This document shows positions 10,926 to 20,590 of a stretch of DNA of 64,000 nucleotides, piece after piece. The notes beneath the pieces were generated by a model. That model worked only from the letters and a program-made list of their open reading frames with translations. It was not told the origin of the DNA and did no database searches. A program made the position numbers and the translations under genes. Source of the stretch: an uncultured Desulfatitalea sp. (lineage in GTDB: Bacteria > Desulfobacterota > Desulfobacteria > Desulfobacterales > Desulfosarcinaceae); NCBI GenBank assembly GCA_963668675.2, contig CAXXMB010000002.1:2240001-2304000 (forward strand), given 5' to 3'. The number at the start of each line of letters is the position of its first letter. Position 1 is the stretch's first letter.

Positions 10926-12782
10926 TCATGCATTGCGATTGACGGTGGCCAGCTCATTTTCAATCTGCTTAAGCAGGCGATCCGACACCTCCTGCGCCGC
11001 CCGAACGGAAACGAGTACCTCGGCGGCAATGTGCTCTTCGAAGAGCGCTTGCACCGCAGTGAGTTTGTGCGACAGCCAGGTTTGGGCCACCGGGGCGAGC
11101 ATCTGCTCGAGCTGGCGTTGATCGGCCTTCTTCAGTCCCGCCGTGGCCGGAATGGCGATGAGGGCATAGAGGTCGTGAAGACCCAGCAATCCGGTCAGCT
11201 TGACCTTGATCCCCACCGCTCCGGCCGGATCGCCGGTGTGAAGGATATAGGTGATGGCAGCCGTGGCCGGGATCACATTGAGCAGGGCCGAAAAGGTTTG
11301 CCGGATCTGATCGAACACCCCCATGCGTTGTCTCAGGTCGCCGGCCAGCGCTTTCAAGTCCGCTTCAAGCCCGTGGGACCAGCTCAGAATCTCTCGCTTC
11401 TGATCCCGCAGGAGCGTCAGGGTCTTCTCCCAATCCTTCCGGCGGATCTGCTGTTGGGCCTCGCGCACCGCCGGAGGTGCTTCGAGCGGACCGTTACTGC
11501 CGTCGATGCGCTCGGCCACGGTGGTTTGATGCAGGACGTTGGCCGCCTGCAGCAAATCCAGCTCCAACCGGCCGGCCGGGTCCTCCTCTTTGGGTACGGC
11601 GTCGGGGCGCGATTTGGACCGAGCCCCCAAGGCAGAGAGCACCATCTTCAACGGCCACTCCACCACCTGCCCGGTGCGGCGCATCACTTTGATATGGGTC
11701 GGATCGGTCGTCAGCCAGATATCGGCGAAGCGGCGCATCACCCGGTCGGTGGGAAAGTGGGAGAGGGCCTGTTGTACACTGCTGGCCACGGCTCGGGTGA
11801 GGGCGTCATCGTACGCCTGCAGTTGATGATGGGCGTCGTCGAGCCGGTGGCTCATTTGCCGGGCCTGTTGCACGGCATCGTTCATCATCGATTGCAGCAG
11901 CGTCTGCCTTAATTGTACCGCATCGAGCGCATCCAGGGCCGATCGCAAATCCGCGCCGGCATCGCACGCCACGGCGCGTAACTGCATCGGCGCTTTGCCG
12001 GCGGCCACCAGGTTGTCGTCGTCGGCCCGGAAGATGCCCAGTACGCGTTCACTTTGATTAAGGCCATAGAGGTTGGTCGCCACCGTAGTGGCGTGTTCAC
12101 GCACTTCTGTGTCCGAGAAGCTCGGATAGACCCGGTAGACCAGGAAGCAGGGACGGGTGCCGATGCCGGTGAGCAGGCGGGCGATGAAATCGGTGTTGTC
12201 GCGATTGTTGTAAGTGGCGTTGGTGAAGATGTAGACAAAGGCGTCGGCGCTCTCCAGGCTCTGGCGGGCCGACTCCCGGTTGGCATAGGCGCCGCGGGCG
12301 CCGGTGTCGATGTCTGGCGTGTCGAGCAGCACCACGCTCTCGGAGAGGTGCGACTGCACGCAGTAGACCGGCTCGCCCGGCGTGGTCAGTTGCCGAGTGT
12401 CGTCGAGGGGGTGGAGCGGGCCGCCGAAGGTGTGCGCCAATGCATCGAAGAGTGCGGTGTGTTGCGCATGGCGTTCGTGTATGGCCGCCAGGACCCGGCG
12501 GTTCAGCCCAGCCCGTCCGCCGGTCGGTGAGATGTTGCCGCCGATCAGGCTGTTGAACAGCGTTGATTTGCCGGCCGATCCGCCGCCGCAGATGGCCACC
12601 ACCAGCGGAAAGTCGGGTTGCAGCTTGGGCAGCAGCTTGACATCCAGGGCGTGACACCATGGCTGCAACTGTTCGGACAGCTCCAGGTTCAACGCCTCTG
12701 CCGCTTCGGGCAGATAGCGGCGCAACGCCTGCAGTGCGGTGATGCGGTTTTGGGTGGTGGTCATCTGCTTACCGTTTTCCAT
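10926..12782 (-). CDS. dynamin-like P-loop GTPase, partner of the downstream gene
   Basis: G1 GGGSAGKS, G3 DTPD, long helical C-terminal half; 7 bp from the next gene. Confidence 0.78.
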   Translation of the reverse strand: MENGKQMTTTQNRITALQALRRYLPEAAEALNLELSEQLQPWCHALDVKLLPKLQPDFPLVVAICGGGSAGKSTLFNSLIGGNISPTGGRAGLNRRVLAAIHERHAQHTALFDALAHTFGGPLHPLDDTRQLTTPGEPVYCVQSHLSESVVLLDTPDIDTGARGAYANRESARQSLESADAFVYIFTNATYNNRDNTDFIARLLTGIGTRPCFLVYRVYPSFSDTEVREHATTVATNLYGLNQSERVLGIFRADDDNLVAAGKAPMQLRAVACDAGADLRSALDALDAVQLRQTLLQSMMNDAVQQARQMSHRLDDAHHQLQAYDDALTRAVASSVQQALSHFPTDRVMRRFADIWLTTDPTHIKVMRRTGQVVEWPLKMVLSALGARSKSRPDAVPKEEDPAGRLELDLLQAANVLHQTTVAERIDGSNGPLEAPPAVREAQQQIRRKDWEKTLTLLRDQKREILSWSHGLEADLKALAGDLRQRMGVFDQIRQTFSALLNVIPATAAITYILHTGDPAGAVGIKVKLTGLLGLHDLYALIAIPATAGLKKADQRQLEQMLAPVAQTWLSHKLTAVQALFEEHIAAEVLVSVRAAQEVSDRLLKQIENELATVNRNA

Positions 12783-12905
12783 GAGTTGTGCCCGTGATTG
12801 AACGGCCCTCGCTCCAAGTTGACAAACCCCGATGCCGAACTACGATATAAACAGTACAGCTTGTAATTTAAACCCTGAACCATAAACCATAAGGGGGCAA
12901 GTGGC

Positions 12906-13112
12906 ATGGCGTGGCAGACAATCCCAGGCCTCGACGGCAAGGTCTTCATGCCCGAGTGCCGGAGTGAAGGCAAAAAAAAGAATTCCTGCCCTGACTGCTT
13001 TGCCTGCCAGCAGTGCAGCGACGAACGCTGCCGGGTGTGCGCTGCCTGTGGGGCCTCCCCAACGGAGACGCCTCATTGTCCCTGTTCAAGCATAGAGGAG
13101 ATCGAGCAATGA
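12906..13112 (+). CDS. small cysteine-rich protein
   Basis: CPDCFACQQC...CRVCAAC cluster; ATGA overlap with the next ORF. Confidence 0.6.
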   Translation: MAWQTIPGLDGKVFMPECRSEGKKKNSCPDCFACQQCSDERCRVCAACGASPTETPHCPCSSIEEIEQ

Positions 13113-13303
13113 AACAAATCGACTGTCTGTTCGAGCGTCCGGCCAGCATCTTGGTGGCTTTGGTGCTCTTTTTCATGGCCTTGGGTTTGAGCGTCATCGG
13201 TATTACCATTTTACCTGTATTGGGTTTGATCCTGGCGGTTCCGGTCTTTTTTCTCTCCGGCGCATTTCTCTTTTCGCCCCAAAGCAAGGTGTGTTCACTG
13301 TAA
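13109..13303 (+). CDS. small two-helix membrane protein
   Basis: GAGGAG SD, ATGA coupling, two hydrophobic stretches, followed by a terminator hairpin. Confidence 0.65.
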   Translation: MKQIDCLFERPASILVALVLFFMALGLSVIGITILPVLGLILAVPVFFLSGAFLFSPQSKVCSL

Positions 13304-13329
13304 CATGATGTTTGCGTTTTCCACACACA

Positions 13330-13361
13330 AAGCCCGGTCGTGTCGGCCGGGTCTCTTTTTC
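13330..13361. terminator. intrinsic terminator between convergent genes
   Basis: CCCGGTCG-TGT-CGGCCGGG stem followed by a T-rich tract. Confidence 0.55.
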
Positions 13362-13375
13362 AGCCTTTTCATTTT

Positions 13376-14356
13376 CTATTTCATGCGGTCCCAAAAAGCC
13401 CTTCCCCGATCCAATGGTGTGTTGGCCTGGCCCTGAGACAGAGGTGCCTTGGGGGGCGCCGGGGGAGCTTGCCGGCGGCCTCCACTGTTCGATCCGAATG
13501 CCGGCGGAGACGACGGGGCGCCGCGAAGGCGGCTCACCCGCTTTTCGATGGGTGGATGGGTGGAGAAGAGGCTCATCAGGCTACGTCCCGCCAGGGGGTT
13601 GACGATGAACATGTGCGCTGTGGAGGGGTTGGCCCGCATGGGTGCTTTGCGGTTGTAGGCGCCCAGCTTCTCCAGGGCATTGGCCAGCCCTCCGCTGTTG
13701 CCGGCCAGTTGGGAGCCGGTGCTGTCGGCCAGATACTCGCGCGAGCGCGAGATGGCCATCTGCACGACCATGGCGGCAATGGGGGCGATGATGGCCATGA
13801 CGATCATGCCCAATCCGCCCAGGCCGCCTTCATCGTTATCGCGGCGGCCGCCGCCGAAAATGGCGGCGAATCTTGCCATGCCGGCCAGCATCATGATGGC
13901 GCCGGCCATGGTGGCGGCAATCGAGCCGATGAGGATGTCGCGGTTCTTGACGTGGGCCATCTCATGGGCCAGCACGCCCATCACCTCGTCGCGGCTCATC
14001 AGTTTGAGCAGACCCTGGGTGACGGCCACCACGGCGTGTTCCGGATTGCGTCCGGTGGCAAAGGCGTTGGGCGTATCCTGGGGAATGACGTACACCTTTG
14101 GCATTGGCAAGCCGGCATTGCGGGCCAGCGTCGCCACCATGTCGTAGATCTCGGGGGCCTGCTGGGGTGTCGCCTCCTGCGCCCGGTACATGCGCAGAAC
14201 GATCTTGTCCGAATACCAGTAACTGAAAAAGTTCATCCCGGCGGCCAATATCAAGGCGATAATCATGCCCTGGTGGCCGCCGATCAGTTGGCCGACCAGC
14301 ATGATGAGAACAGTCATTACGGCCAGTAAAAAGGCGGTACGCAGTTGGTTGCCCAT
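13376..14356 (-). CDS. htpX: zinc metalloprotease HtpX
   Basis: [15 protein letters not shown] zinc motif, [15 protein letters not shown]. Confidence 0.95.
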   Translation of the reverse strand: MGNQLRTAFLLAVMTVLIMLVGQLIGGHQGMIIALILAAGMNFFSYWYSDKIVLRMYRAQEATPQQAPEIYDMVATLARNAGLPMPKVYVIPQDTPNAFATGRNPEHAVVAVTQGLLKLMSRDEVMGVLAHEMAHVKNRDILIGSIAATMAGAIMMLAGMARFAAIFGGGRRDNDEGGLGGLGMIVMAIIAPIAAMVVQMAISRSREYLADSTGSQLAGNSGGLANALEKLGAYNRKAPMRANPSTAHMFIVNPLAGRSLMSLFSTHPPIEKRVSRLRGAPSSPPAFGSNSGGRRQAPPAPPKAPLSQGQANTPLDRGRAFWDRMK

Positions 14357-14710
14357 GGTCGGGTTGCTCCTTGGTTATTGGATTTGGCGCTGGCCTCCGA
14401 TCCGGTTTGCGTTTTCCTGAGAGGTTCCGAAACGCCCAGGTGGCCAGACGAACGCCCCAAATATAGGAATTATGCAACCGGTTGCAAGCGCCATGGAAGA
14501 TCTGCGTTCACATCCACCGATTCTTGCTTGCAAAGTGACCCTTTTTTTGTTGAATATGACCTCTCTCCTGACGGATGTCGTGTGTCGGATCGCACCCCGC
14601 CAAAGCACTGGACGGCCGCGCACCATTTCGCTTGGCGTCACGGGGGAGCCAACTGGCCGCAACGTGAGGTTGCGCAGAGCCATAACCATTTAATAATCAG
14701 GGATATCCGT

Positions 14711-16174
14711 ATGGCCGACGACCATTCCAACAACGACACACCAGACAATGACGAAGCGTCGGAAGAGAGCTTTGCCGAGATGTTCGAAGCTTACAGCGCC
14801 GGTATGAAGGAGGATCTGCGGGTGGGCGACAAAGTCCACGGCCGCATTATCTCCATCACCAGCAGTGCCGTTTTTGTGGACACGGGCACCAAAACCGACG
14901 GGGTTGTGGAGATCGAGGACCTCAAGGACGAAGAGGGGAACCTGCCATACGAGGTGGGTGACGAACTCGACCTTTTCGTGGTCGCTGCCAACGAGAGCGA
15001 GATCCGTCTCTCCCGTGCCCTTGCCGGCGCAGGAGGCCTGGAAATGCTCAAGGACGCCCATGCCGGGGCCATTCCGGTTGAGGGCAAGGTGGTGCAGACC
15101 ATCAAGGGCGGATTTCAGGTGGAGGTGCTCAAGCGGCGGGCCTTCTGCCCGATCAGCCAGATCGACACCCAGTATGTGGAAGACGGCGCAAAGTACGTGG
15201 GCCAGAGCTTTCAGTTCATGATCAAGCAGCTCAGTGAGAACGGGCGCAACATCGTGGTCTCCCGTCGCCAGTTGCTCGAAGCCGAGCAGAGAAAGGCCCA
15301 TGAGGCTTTTTTAAAGGATCTGGAGGAGGGGCAGACCTACGACGGCCGCGTCACGCGCCTGATGCCCTATGGCGCCTTTGTGGAGCTGACCCCGGGGCTG
15401 GAGGGGATGGTGCACATCTCCGAACTGAGCTGGTCCCGCGTGGAGAAACCCGAGGATGCCGTCAAACCGGACCAGGCCATATCAGTCAAAGTCCTGCGCG
15501 TCGAACCGGGAAAGCGCGGCCCCAAAATCGCCCTCTCGGTCAAGCAGATCGAGGGCGATCCCTGGGATCGGTTGCCCGAAAGCATCCAGGCCGGAGAGAA
15601 GATCATTGGCAAGGTGACCCGCTGCGCCGATTTTGGCGCCTTTGTAGAGATCGTTCCCGGCATCGAAGGGTTGGTGCACATCAGTGAGATGAGCTACACC
15701 CAACGGGTGCACAAGGCTCAGGATGTGGTTACGCCCGGACAGGCCGTATCGGTGGTCATCAAAGAGGTGGATACGAATAAGCGCCGCATCGGATTGAGCA
15801 TCCGCGACGCCGAGGGCGATCCCTGGCTGGAAATCGATCAGAAACTGACCAAAGGCCAGCCGGTCAAAGGCAATGTGGAGAATATCGCTGCATTCGGTAT
15901 ATTTGTGCGCCTCGTCCCCGGTATTGTCGGGTTGCTGCCCAAATCGGCCATCGGCCGCTCGGCCAACGCCGCTCAAATCGACAGGCTCAAGCAGGGCGAT
16001 GAGATCTCCGTGATTGTCGATGAGATCAACAAGGCCGACCGGCGGATTTCACTGAAACCCCATGATGCCGGAGACGAGGGCGAGTGGAAACAGTTCAAAG
16101 GGGAGTCGGAAAATGCGTCCCTGGGCGCACTGGGTGAAAAGCTGGCCCAGGCGTTGAAGAAAAACGACAAATAG
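14711..16174 (+). CDS. rpsA: 30S ribosomal protein S1-family protein
   Basis: tandem S1 repeats (YGAFVE...EGMVHISELSW, FGAFVE...EGLVHISEMS); start placed at ATG 14711. Confidence 0.85.
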   Translation: MADDHSNNDTPDNDEASEESFAEMFEAYSAGMKEDLRVGDKVHGRIISITSSAVFVDTGTKTDGVVEIEDLKDEEGNLPYEVGDELDLFVVAANESEIRLSRALAGAGGLEMLKDAHAGAIPVEGKVVQTIKGGFQVEVLKRRAFCPISQIDTQYVEDGAKYVGQSFQFMIKQLSENGRNIVVSRRQLLEAEQRKAHEAFLKDLEEGQTYDGRVTRLMPYGAFVELTPGLEGMVHISELSWSRVEKPEDAVKPDQAISVKVLRVEPGKRGPKIALSVKQIEGDPWDRLPESIQAGEKIIGKVTRCADFGAFVEIVPGIEGLVHISEMSYTQRVHKAQDVVTPGQAVSVVIKEVDTNKRRIGLSIRDAEGDPWLEIDQKLTKGQPVKGNVENIAAFGIFVRLVPGIVGLLPKSAIGRSANAAQIDRLKQGDEISVIVDEINKADRRISLKPHDAGDEGEWKQFKGESENASLGALGEKLAQALKKNDK

Positions 16175-16219
16175 ACTTGATTCAAAAGGGTTACGCCATC
16201 AGGATACGGAGGGTAGCAG

Positions 16220-17200
16220 ATGTCCCAAGATGAAATGTACGATGTCGCCATCGTCGGCGGCGGCCCCGGCGGTCTGTCGGCGGCCATCTATGCCATGCGC
16301 GGTGCACTGAAAACCGTGCTGATTGAAAAAACCACCCCCGGCGGTCAGGTCAATCTCTCCGACGAAGTCGAGAACTATCCGGGGTTTATCCATGTCAGCG
16401 GCGCTGAGCTGGCCATGCAATTTGCCGAACACGCCCGCTCTTATGGGCTCGAAGAGATCAATGACGAGGTCGTTGCCGTAGCGCCCGGTATGGAGCATCA
16501 CCGGGTTCGCCTGGCCGGCGGACGCGAGATACATGCCCATGCCGTTATCCTGGCCACCGGCGGCAGCCCGCGCAAACTCGACGTGCCCGGTGAAGACGAA
16601 CTCTACGGCAAAGGGGTTTCATACTGCGCGGTGTGCGACGGTTTCTTTTTCAGGGGCAAGAAGGTGATCGTGGTGGGCGGCGGCGATAGCGCTTGCGAAG
16701 AGGGGCTCTATCTTGCCAAGCTGGCCGAACAGGTCTACCTGGTCCATCGTCGCGACGCACTGCGGGCCAGCATGATTCTCCAGGAGCGTGTCAAGGCCGA
16801 ATGCAAGATGGAGGTGCTCTGGAACTCGGTGGTGACCGAAATCAATGCCGATGAGGATGGCGTCAACGGGGTTCAGTTGAAGGACACCCAAACCGGTGAC
16901 CTGCGCGATATGCCCATCGACGGCGTCTTTGTCTTTGTCGGTTTCGTGCCCAACAACGCGATCGTGCCGGCCGGTGTTCGCATGAGCGCCGGCGGATTCG
17001 TGATCACCGACGAGCAATGCGCCACCAGTATCCCCGGGATCTATGCCATCGGCGACTTGAAAGAGAAATACGCCCGTCAGATCGTCCTGTCCGCTGCCGA
17101 CGGTTGTATGGCGGCCCTGTCGGCCGCCCACTATGTGGAGACGCGCAAGGCCAAAGCCGCCGACGCGGCATGCGAACTGCCGGCCGGGATGTTGGACTGA
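16220..17200 (+). CDS. trxB: thioredoxin-disulfide reductase
   Basis: GGGPGG FAD motif, GVSYCAVCDG active site, VGGGDSA. Confidence 0.95.
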   Translation: MSQDEMYDVAIVGGGPGGLSAAIYAMRGALKTVLIEKTTPGGQVNLSDEVENYPGFIHVSGAELAMQFAEHARSYGLEEINDEVVAVAPGMEHHRVRLAGGREIHAHAVILATGGSPRKLDVPGEDELYGKGVSYCAVCDGFFFRGKKVIVVGGGDSACEEGLYLAKLAEQVYLVHRRDALRASMILQERVKAECKMEVLWNSVVTEINADEDGVNGVQLKDTQTGDLRDMPIDGVFVFVGFVPNNAIVPAGVRMSAGGFVITDEQCATSIPGIYAIGDLKEKYARQIVLSAADGCMAALSAAHYVETRKAKAADAACELPAGMLD

Positions 17201-17321
17201 AGGTGCATAGACGAAGGGAGGACATTGTGCTCAGCGCTTCCTTGCGAAACCCGGTTGCATTACTAATTTGATATGGCTATATTGGTAATGTTTAACACCG
17301 CAGTTGGCAGGGAGGTTCTCC

Positions 17322-17966
17322 ATGGCTGAACACGACAATCCGACCTTCGATGACGATTCGACCCATTCCGCTTCGACATTCTCCAGTTTACGCGGCCGTC
17401 AGTCCGTGCGGGCCACGTTCAAGCTGACCGACAGCTGCATCGAGGCCATCAGCATCGTTGCAGCCCAACTCGGCATCAAACAGAAGTCGCTGTTCGACCA
17501 TCTCTTCAGTGACACCAACACTCTGAGCAGCATTGCACGCAAGTTTCGCAACGCACGGCTCGAGGCCTCCTCCCATCGCATCCAGAAAACCTACGTTCTC
17601 AGCCGGGGCGCCCTGGTGAGCCTGGAGGACATCGCCAAGAGTTTCAATGCACCGAGAGACGCACTCATCGAGCTGTCGGTTCAGCGGCTGCTGCCGATTA
17701 TCGACCGTGAGCGGCGGCGCCATGCCACCCGCAAAGCGGTTTTCGGAAAAATTAAGAAGCACTTGGCCGAGGGGCGTCGGTTGCTCGAGGAGGCGTTTGC
17801 CGAGCTGGGTGAAGAGGACCCGATCACCGACCGCATGGGCGCTGCCATGGGGGTATATGAGAGTGCATACCGGCACATGGCGGCGTTTCTCGAAAAGAGC
17901 GAGAGCATCGAGCGTTTCGAGCCGGCCGGTTTCAACAAAGTGGAGATCGTCTTTGAAGACGATTAG
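17322..17966 (+). CDS. hypothetical protein, possibly DNA-binding (two ribbon-helix-helix-like units)
   Basis: GGGAGG SD before ATG 17322; repeated strand-helix-helix pattern (VRATFKL..., IQKTYVL...); function inferred only. Confidence 0.65.
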   Translation: MAEHDNPTFDDDSTHSASTFSSLRGRQSVRATFKLTDSCIEAISIVAAQLGIKQKSLFDHLFSDTNTLSSIARKFRNARLEASSHRIQKTYVLSRGALVSLEDIAKSFNAPRDALIELSVQRLLPIIDRERRRHATRKAVFGKIKKHLAEGRRLLEEAFAELGEEDPITDRMGAAMGVYESAYRHMAAFLEKSESIERFEPAGFNKVEIVFEDD

Positions 17967-18004
17967 CGGCGTTGTCTCTGCGGAAGAGATCTATAGACGG
18001 ATGG

Positions 18005-18421
18005 CTATCGACCGCTTTCGTTCTCCAGATCGATCTCCAGGGGGACCACATGCAGCTGCCGTGAAACCTCCCTGGTCCTTCCCAGGGTCCAGCCTGCGCA
18101 CCTTCCGTTCCCTTCCATATGCAGAGCGATCTGATCGACAACCCCCTGGATGTCAATGACGGGATGGCGGGAAAAAACCGTCGGCAATCCATAGGTCAAA
18201 CTGCAGACCAGGCACTTGCCCGGCCGCTGATGCAGCTCGATGTCGAAGGTGAGCCGGTTCTCCTGCATGCCTTTATAGGCCAGACGAATATCGTAAGCGC
18301 CCTCGTCGGCATCCCCTAAAAGCGCATCGAAAAATTGATCGGCACGCTCGGGAGGGAACATCCTGCTCAGCGTCTCCGGGTCGAAAAGGGCGTCGAAGGG
18401 TCTATTTTTATCGTTGTTCAT
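18005..18421 (-). CDS. hypothetical protein with CxxC motif
   Basis: 138-aa ORF, RPGKCLVCSLTYGLP motif, typical codon usage. Confidence 0.7.
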   Translation of the reverse strand: MNNDKNRPFDALFDPETLSRMFPPERADQFFDALLGDADEGAYDIRLAYKGMQENRLTFDIELHQRPGKCLVCSLTYGLPTVFSRHPVIDIQGVVDQIALHMEGNGRCAGWTLGRTREVSRQLHVVPLEIDLENESGR

Positions 18422-18512
18422 GTATCGTCCACATCTTAGGGTTATGGCTTGGCCAGGCCCTCCTATTACGCGAAGTGAAACCGGAAAGTCAAACCGGGCT
18501 TCCGGCGTGACC

Positions 18513-19721
18513 CTATTCGATCAGACAGACCATCCCTTTCAGGTAGTCGCCCTCGGGAAAATTGAGGGCCACCGGATGATCGGCCGCCTGGTGCAGGTGC
18601 TGAATCAGCCGAGCGCTCCGGCCGGCGTCCACGGCCGCGTCGGCCACGATTTTCTGGAACAGGGGGGCGGTGACCAGCCCCGAACAGGAGAAGGTGGCCA
18701 GGATGCCGCCCGGGCGCAACAGTTTCATGGCCAACAGGTTGATGTCCTTGTATCCCCTGCAGCCACGGTTCATCTGACCCATGGAGGCCACAAACTTGGG
18801 CGGGTCAAGCACGATCAGATCGAAAGAGCGCTGCCGGTCCCGGAATTCGCGCAGTTTTTCGAACACATTTGCGGCGACGTATTCGATGGGAGCCGTCTCC
18901 AATCCGTTCAGCAAGGCCGTTTGGCGGGCAAGATCCAGAATGTCGGGGGATGCGTCGATGTGGGTCACCGCCTTGGCCCCCGATTGCATGGCACGCAGTC
19001 CGAAGCCGCCGAGGTGGCTGAAGCAGTCGAGCATCTCGGCCCCGGTCGCCAACCGGGCCACCACCGCCTGGTTTTCGCGCTGATCCAGATAGAGGCCGGT
19101 TTTGTGCCCCCCGGCCACATCGGCCCACATGCGCACCCTCCCCATGGAGACCTCGATGCGGTCGGGCGGCGCCTGGCCCCACAACAACCCGGCTTGTTTC
19201 GCCAGTCCCTCCTTGGCGCGCACATCAACGTCCGAGCGTTCATAGATACCTTTGATCCCAGGGAGGCGTCCCAGCTCCTCGACAATGGTCTCGCGCCACC
19301 GTTCGACACCGGCGGTGAGGAACTGGCAGACCAGAAAATCGCCATAGCGGTCCACGATCAGCCCGGGCACGCCATCCGATTCGGCGTTGATCACTCGTTT
19401 CGCCGTACAGGGGGTGGGCAAGTGCATCCTGGGGCGCAGGGCCGCGGCCGATACGATCCGCCGCCGGAAAAAGGCCGTATCGATGGCCTCCTCTTCCTTT
19501 TGGGACCAGACCCGGACGCGAATCTGGGAGTGGGGCGAGTAGGCGCCCCAGGCGAGCCAGCGCCCCTGGGGTGTGCAGAGTTGAACGGTATCGCCCGCTG
19601 CAATCCCCGAATCGTGCCGGCGCACGGCACCGGAAAAGATCCAGGGGTGCCGCCGGGCAAGGGATTTTTCAGCTTTGGGAGAGACAACCACCCTCGGCAC
19701 GTTGACGCGGTTTGCAGCCAT
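18513..19721 (-). CDS. rlmI: 23S rRNA m5C1962 methyltransferase (RlmI-like)
   Basis: HPWIFSGA PUA domain, ESDGVPGLIVDRY, GHKTGLYLDQRENQ, DPPKF, TFSCS. Confidence 0.9.
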   Translation of the reverse strand: MAANRVNVPRVVVSPKAEKSLARRHPWIFSGAVRRHDSGIAAGDTVQLCTPQGRWLAWGAYSPHSQIRVRVWSQKEEEAIDTAFFRRRIVSAAALRPRMHLPTPCTAKRVINAESDGVPGLIVDRYGDFLVCQFLTAGVERWRETIVEELGRLPGIKGIYERSDVDVRAKEGLAKQAGLLWGQAPPDRIEVSMGRVRMWADVAGGHKTGLYLDQRENQAVVARLATGAEMLDCFSHLGGFGLRAMQSGAKAVTHIDASPDILDLARQTALLNGLETAPIEYVAANVFEKLREFRDRQRSFDLIVLDPPKFVASMGQMNRGCRGYKDINLLAMKLLRPGGILATFSCSGLVTAPLFQKIVADAAVDAGRSARLIQHLHQAADHPVALNFPEGDYLKGMVCLIE

Positions 19722-19745
19722 GACACCTCCATTCTTAGAAAGTAG

Positions 19746-20468
19746 TTATCGACGGCTTATATCAAATCCGGGGCATCCGGTCATCACTGCATGTTTGCGG
19801 CTGACCGGGTAGTTGCTGCAGATGTGGGGTTTGACATCATGGATGCTGCAGATCCAGCGATCCCGGGAGGAGCCCCTTTTCAGGAAGGGGCAGGGGTGGG
19901 CAAACCGATTGGTACCGGGGATGACCCAGATACGGTAGACGATATCGCCCTGCGCGGTTCGCACGGGGCGCACCCACTCGAGGATATCCATGCGCCCCAA
20001 CGCCTCCAGACGCGCCACATCTTCTGCGGTGATGCCGTTGCGGTAGTCCAGTTGACGGCAGCACTGACCGCACTGCCGGCATTCGAAGGCGCTCATATCG
20101 GTATGCACCCGAATGCGCCACTGGCCGGTGCCGGGGGATTTGGCTGCCTGGCAGGAGGCCTGGAAGACCTGACGGCATATGGTTGCCATGGTCTCCGGAT
20201 CGATCCGGTTGCGAAGATCTGCTTCGGTGATCAGGCGGCACATGCGTTCAACGAGGTCATTGCCCTCAAGCCAGCGCATCGGTCCGCCGCGGGTGTCGGA
20301 AATCCACAGCCCTTCCCGCTCCGGATCCCGTTTGTAGGAAATCTCCGAACCGAAGAGGGTGCGCAGCACCTCGCAGAACAGCATGGGTTGGGGACCGTAG
20401 CCGCGAAAATCGAGGCAGATGGCGGTGACCGCCTGGGGCATTGTGAGGAAAAGGTGCTCTTGTTCCAT
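19746..20468 (-). CDS. YkgJ-family cysteine-cluster protein
   Basis: CRQCGQCC...CPFL...CSIHDVKPHICSNYP. Confidence 0.85.
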   Translation of the reverse strand: MEQEHLFLTMPQAVTAICLDFRGYGPQPMLFCEVLRTLFGSEISYKRDPEREGLWISDTRGGPMRWLEGNDLVERMCRLITEADLRNRIDPETMATICRQVFQASCQAAKSPGTGQWRIRVHTDMSAFECRQCGQCCRQLDYRNGITAEDVARLEALGRMDILEWVRPVRTAQGDIVYRIWVIPGTNRFAHPCPFLKRGSSRDRWICSIHDVKPHICSNYPVSRKHAVMTGCPGFDISRR

Positions 20469-20590
20469 GGGGCCCTGCCGTGTTGGGATCCACTATTCTC
20501 TGTTGCTTTTTCATACAAAAGACCAAACTATCAGAGACAACGCTGCAAGGAGAGACAACAACAGGTTTCAAGTTTTTCCCATAGGAGCCG

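Noticed and set aside
14345..14710. 122-aa N-terminal extension of the S1 protein
   Set aside because: Spans the divergent promoter region and is not S1-like; ATG 14711 is preferred
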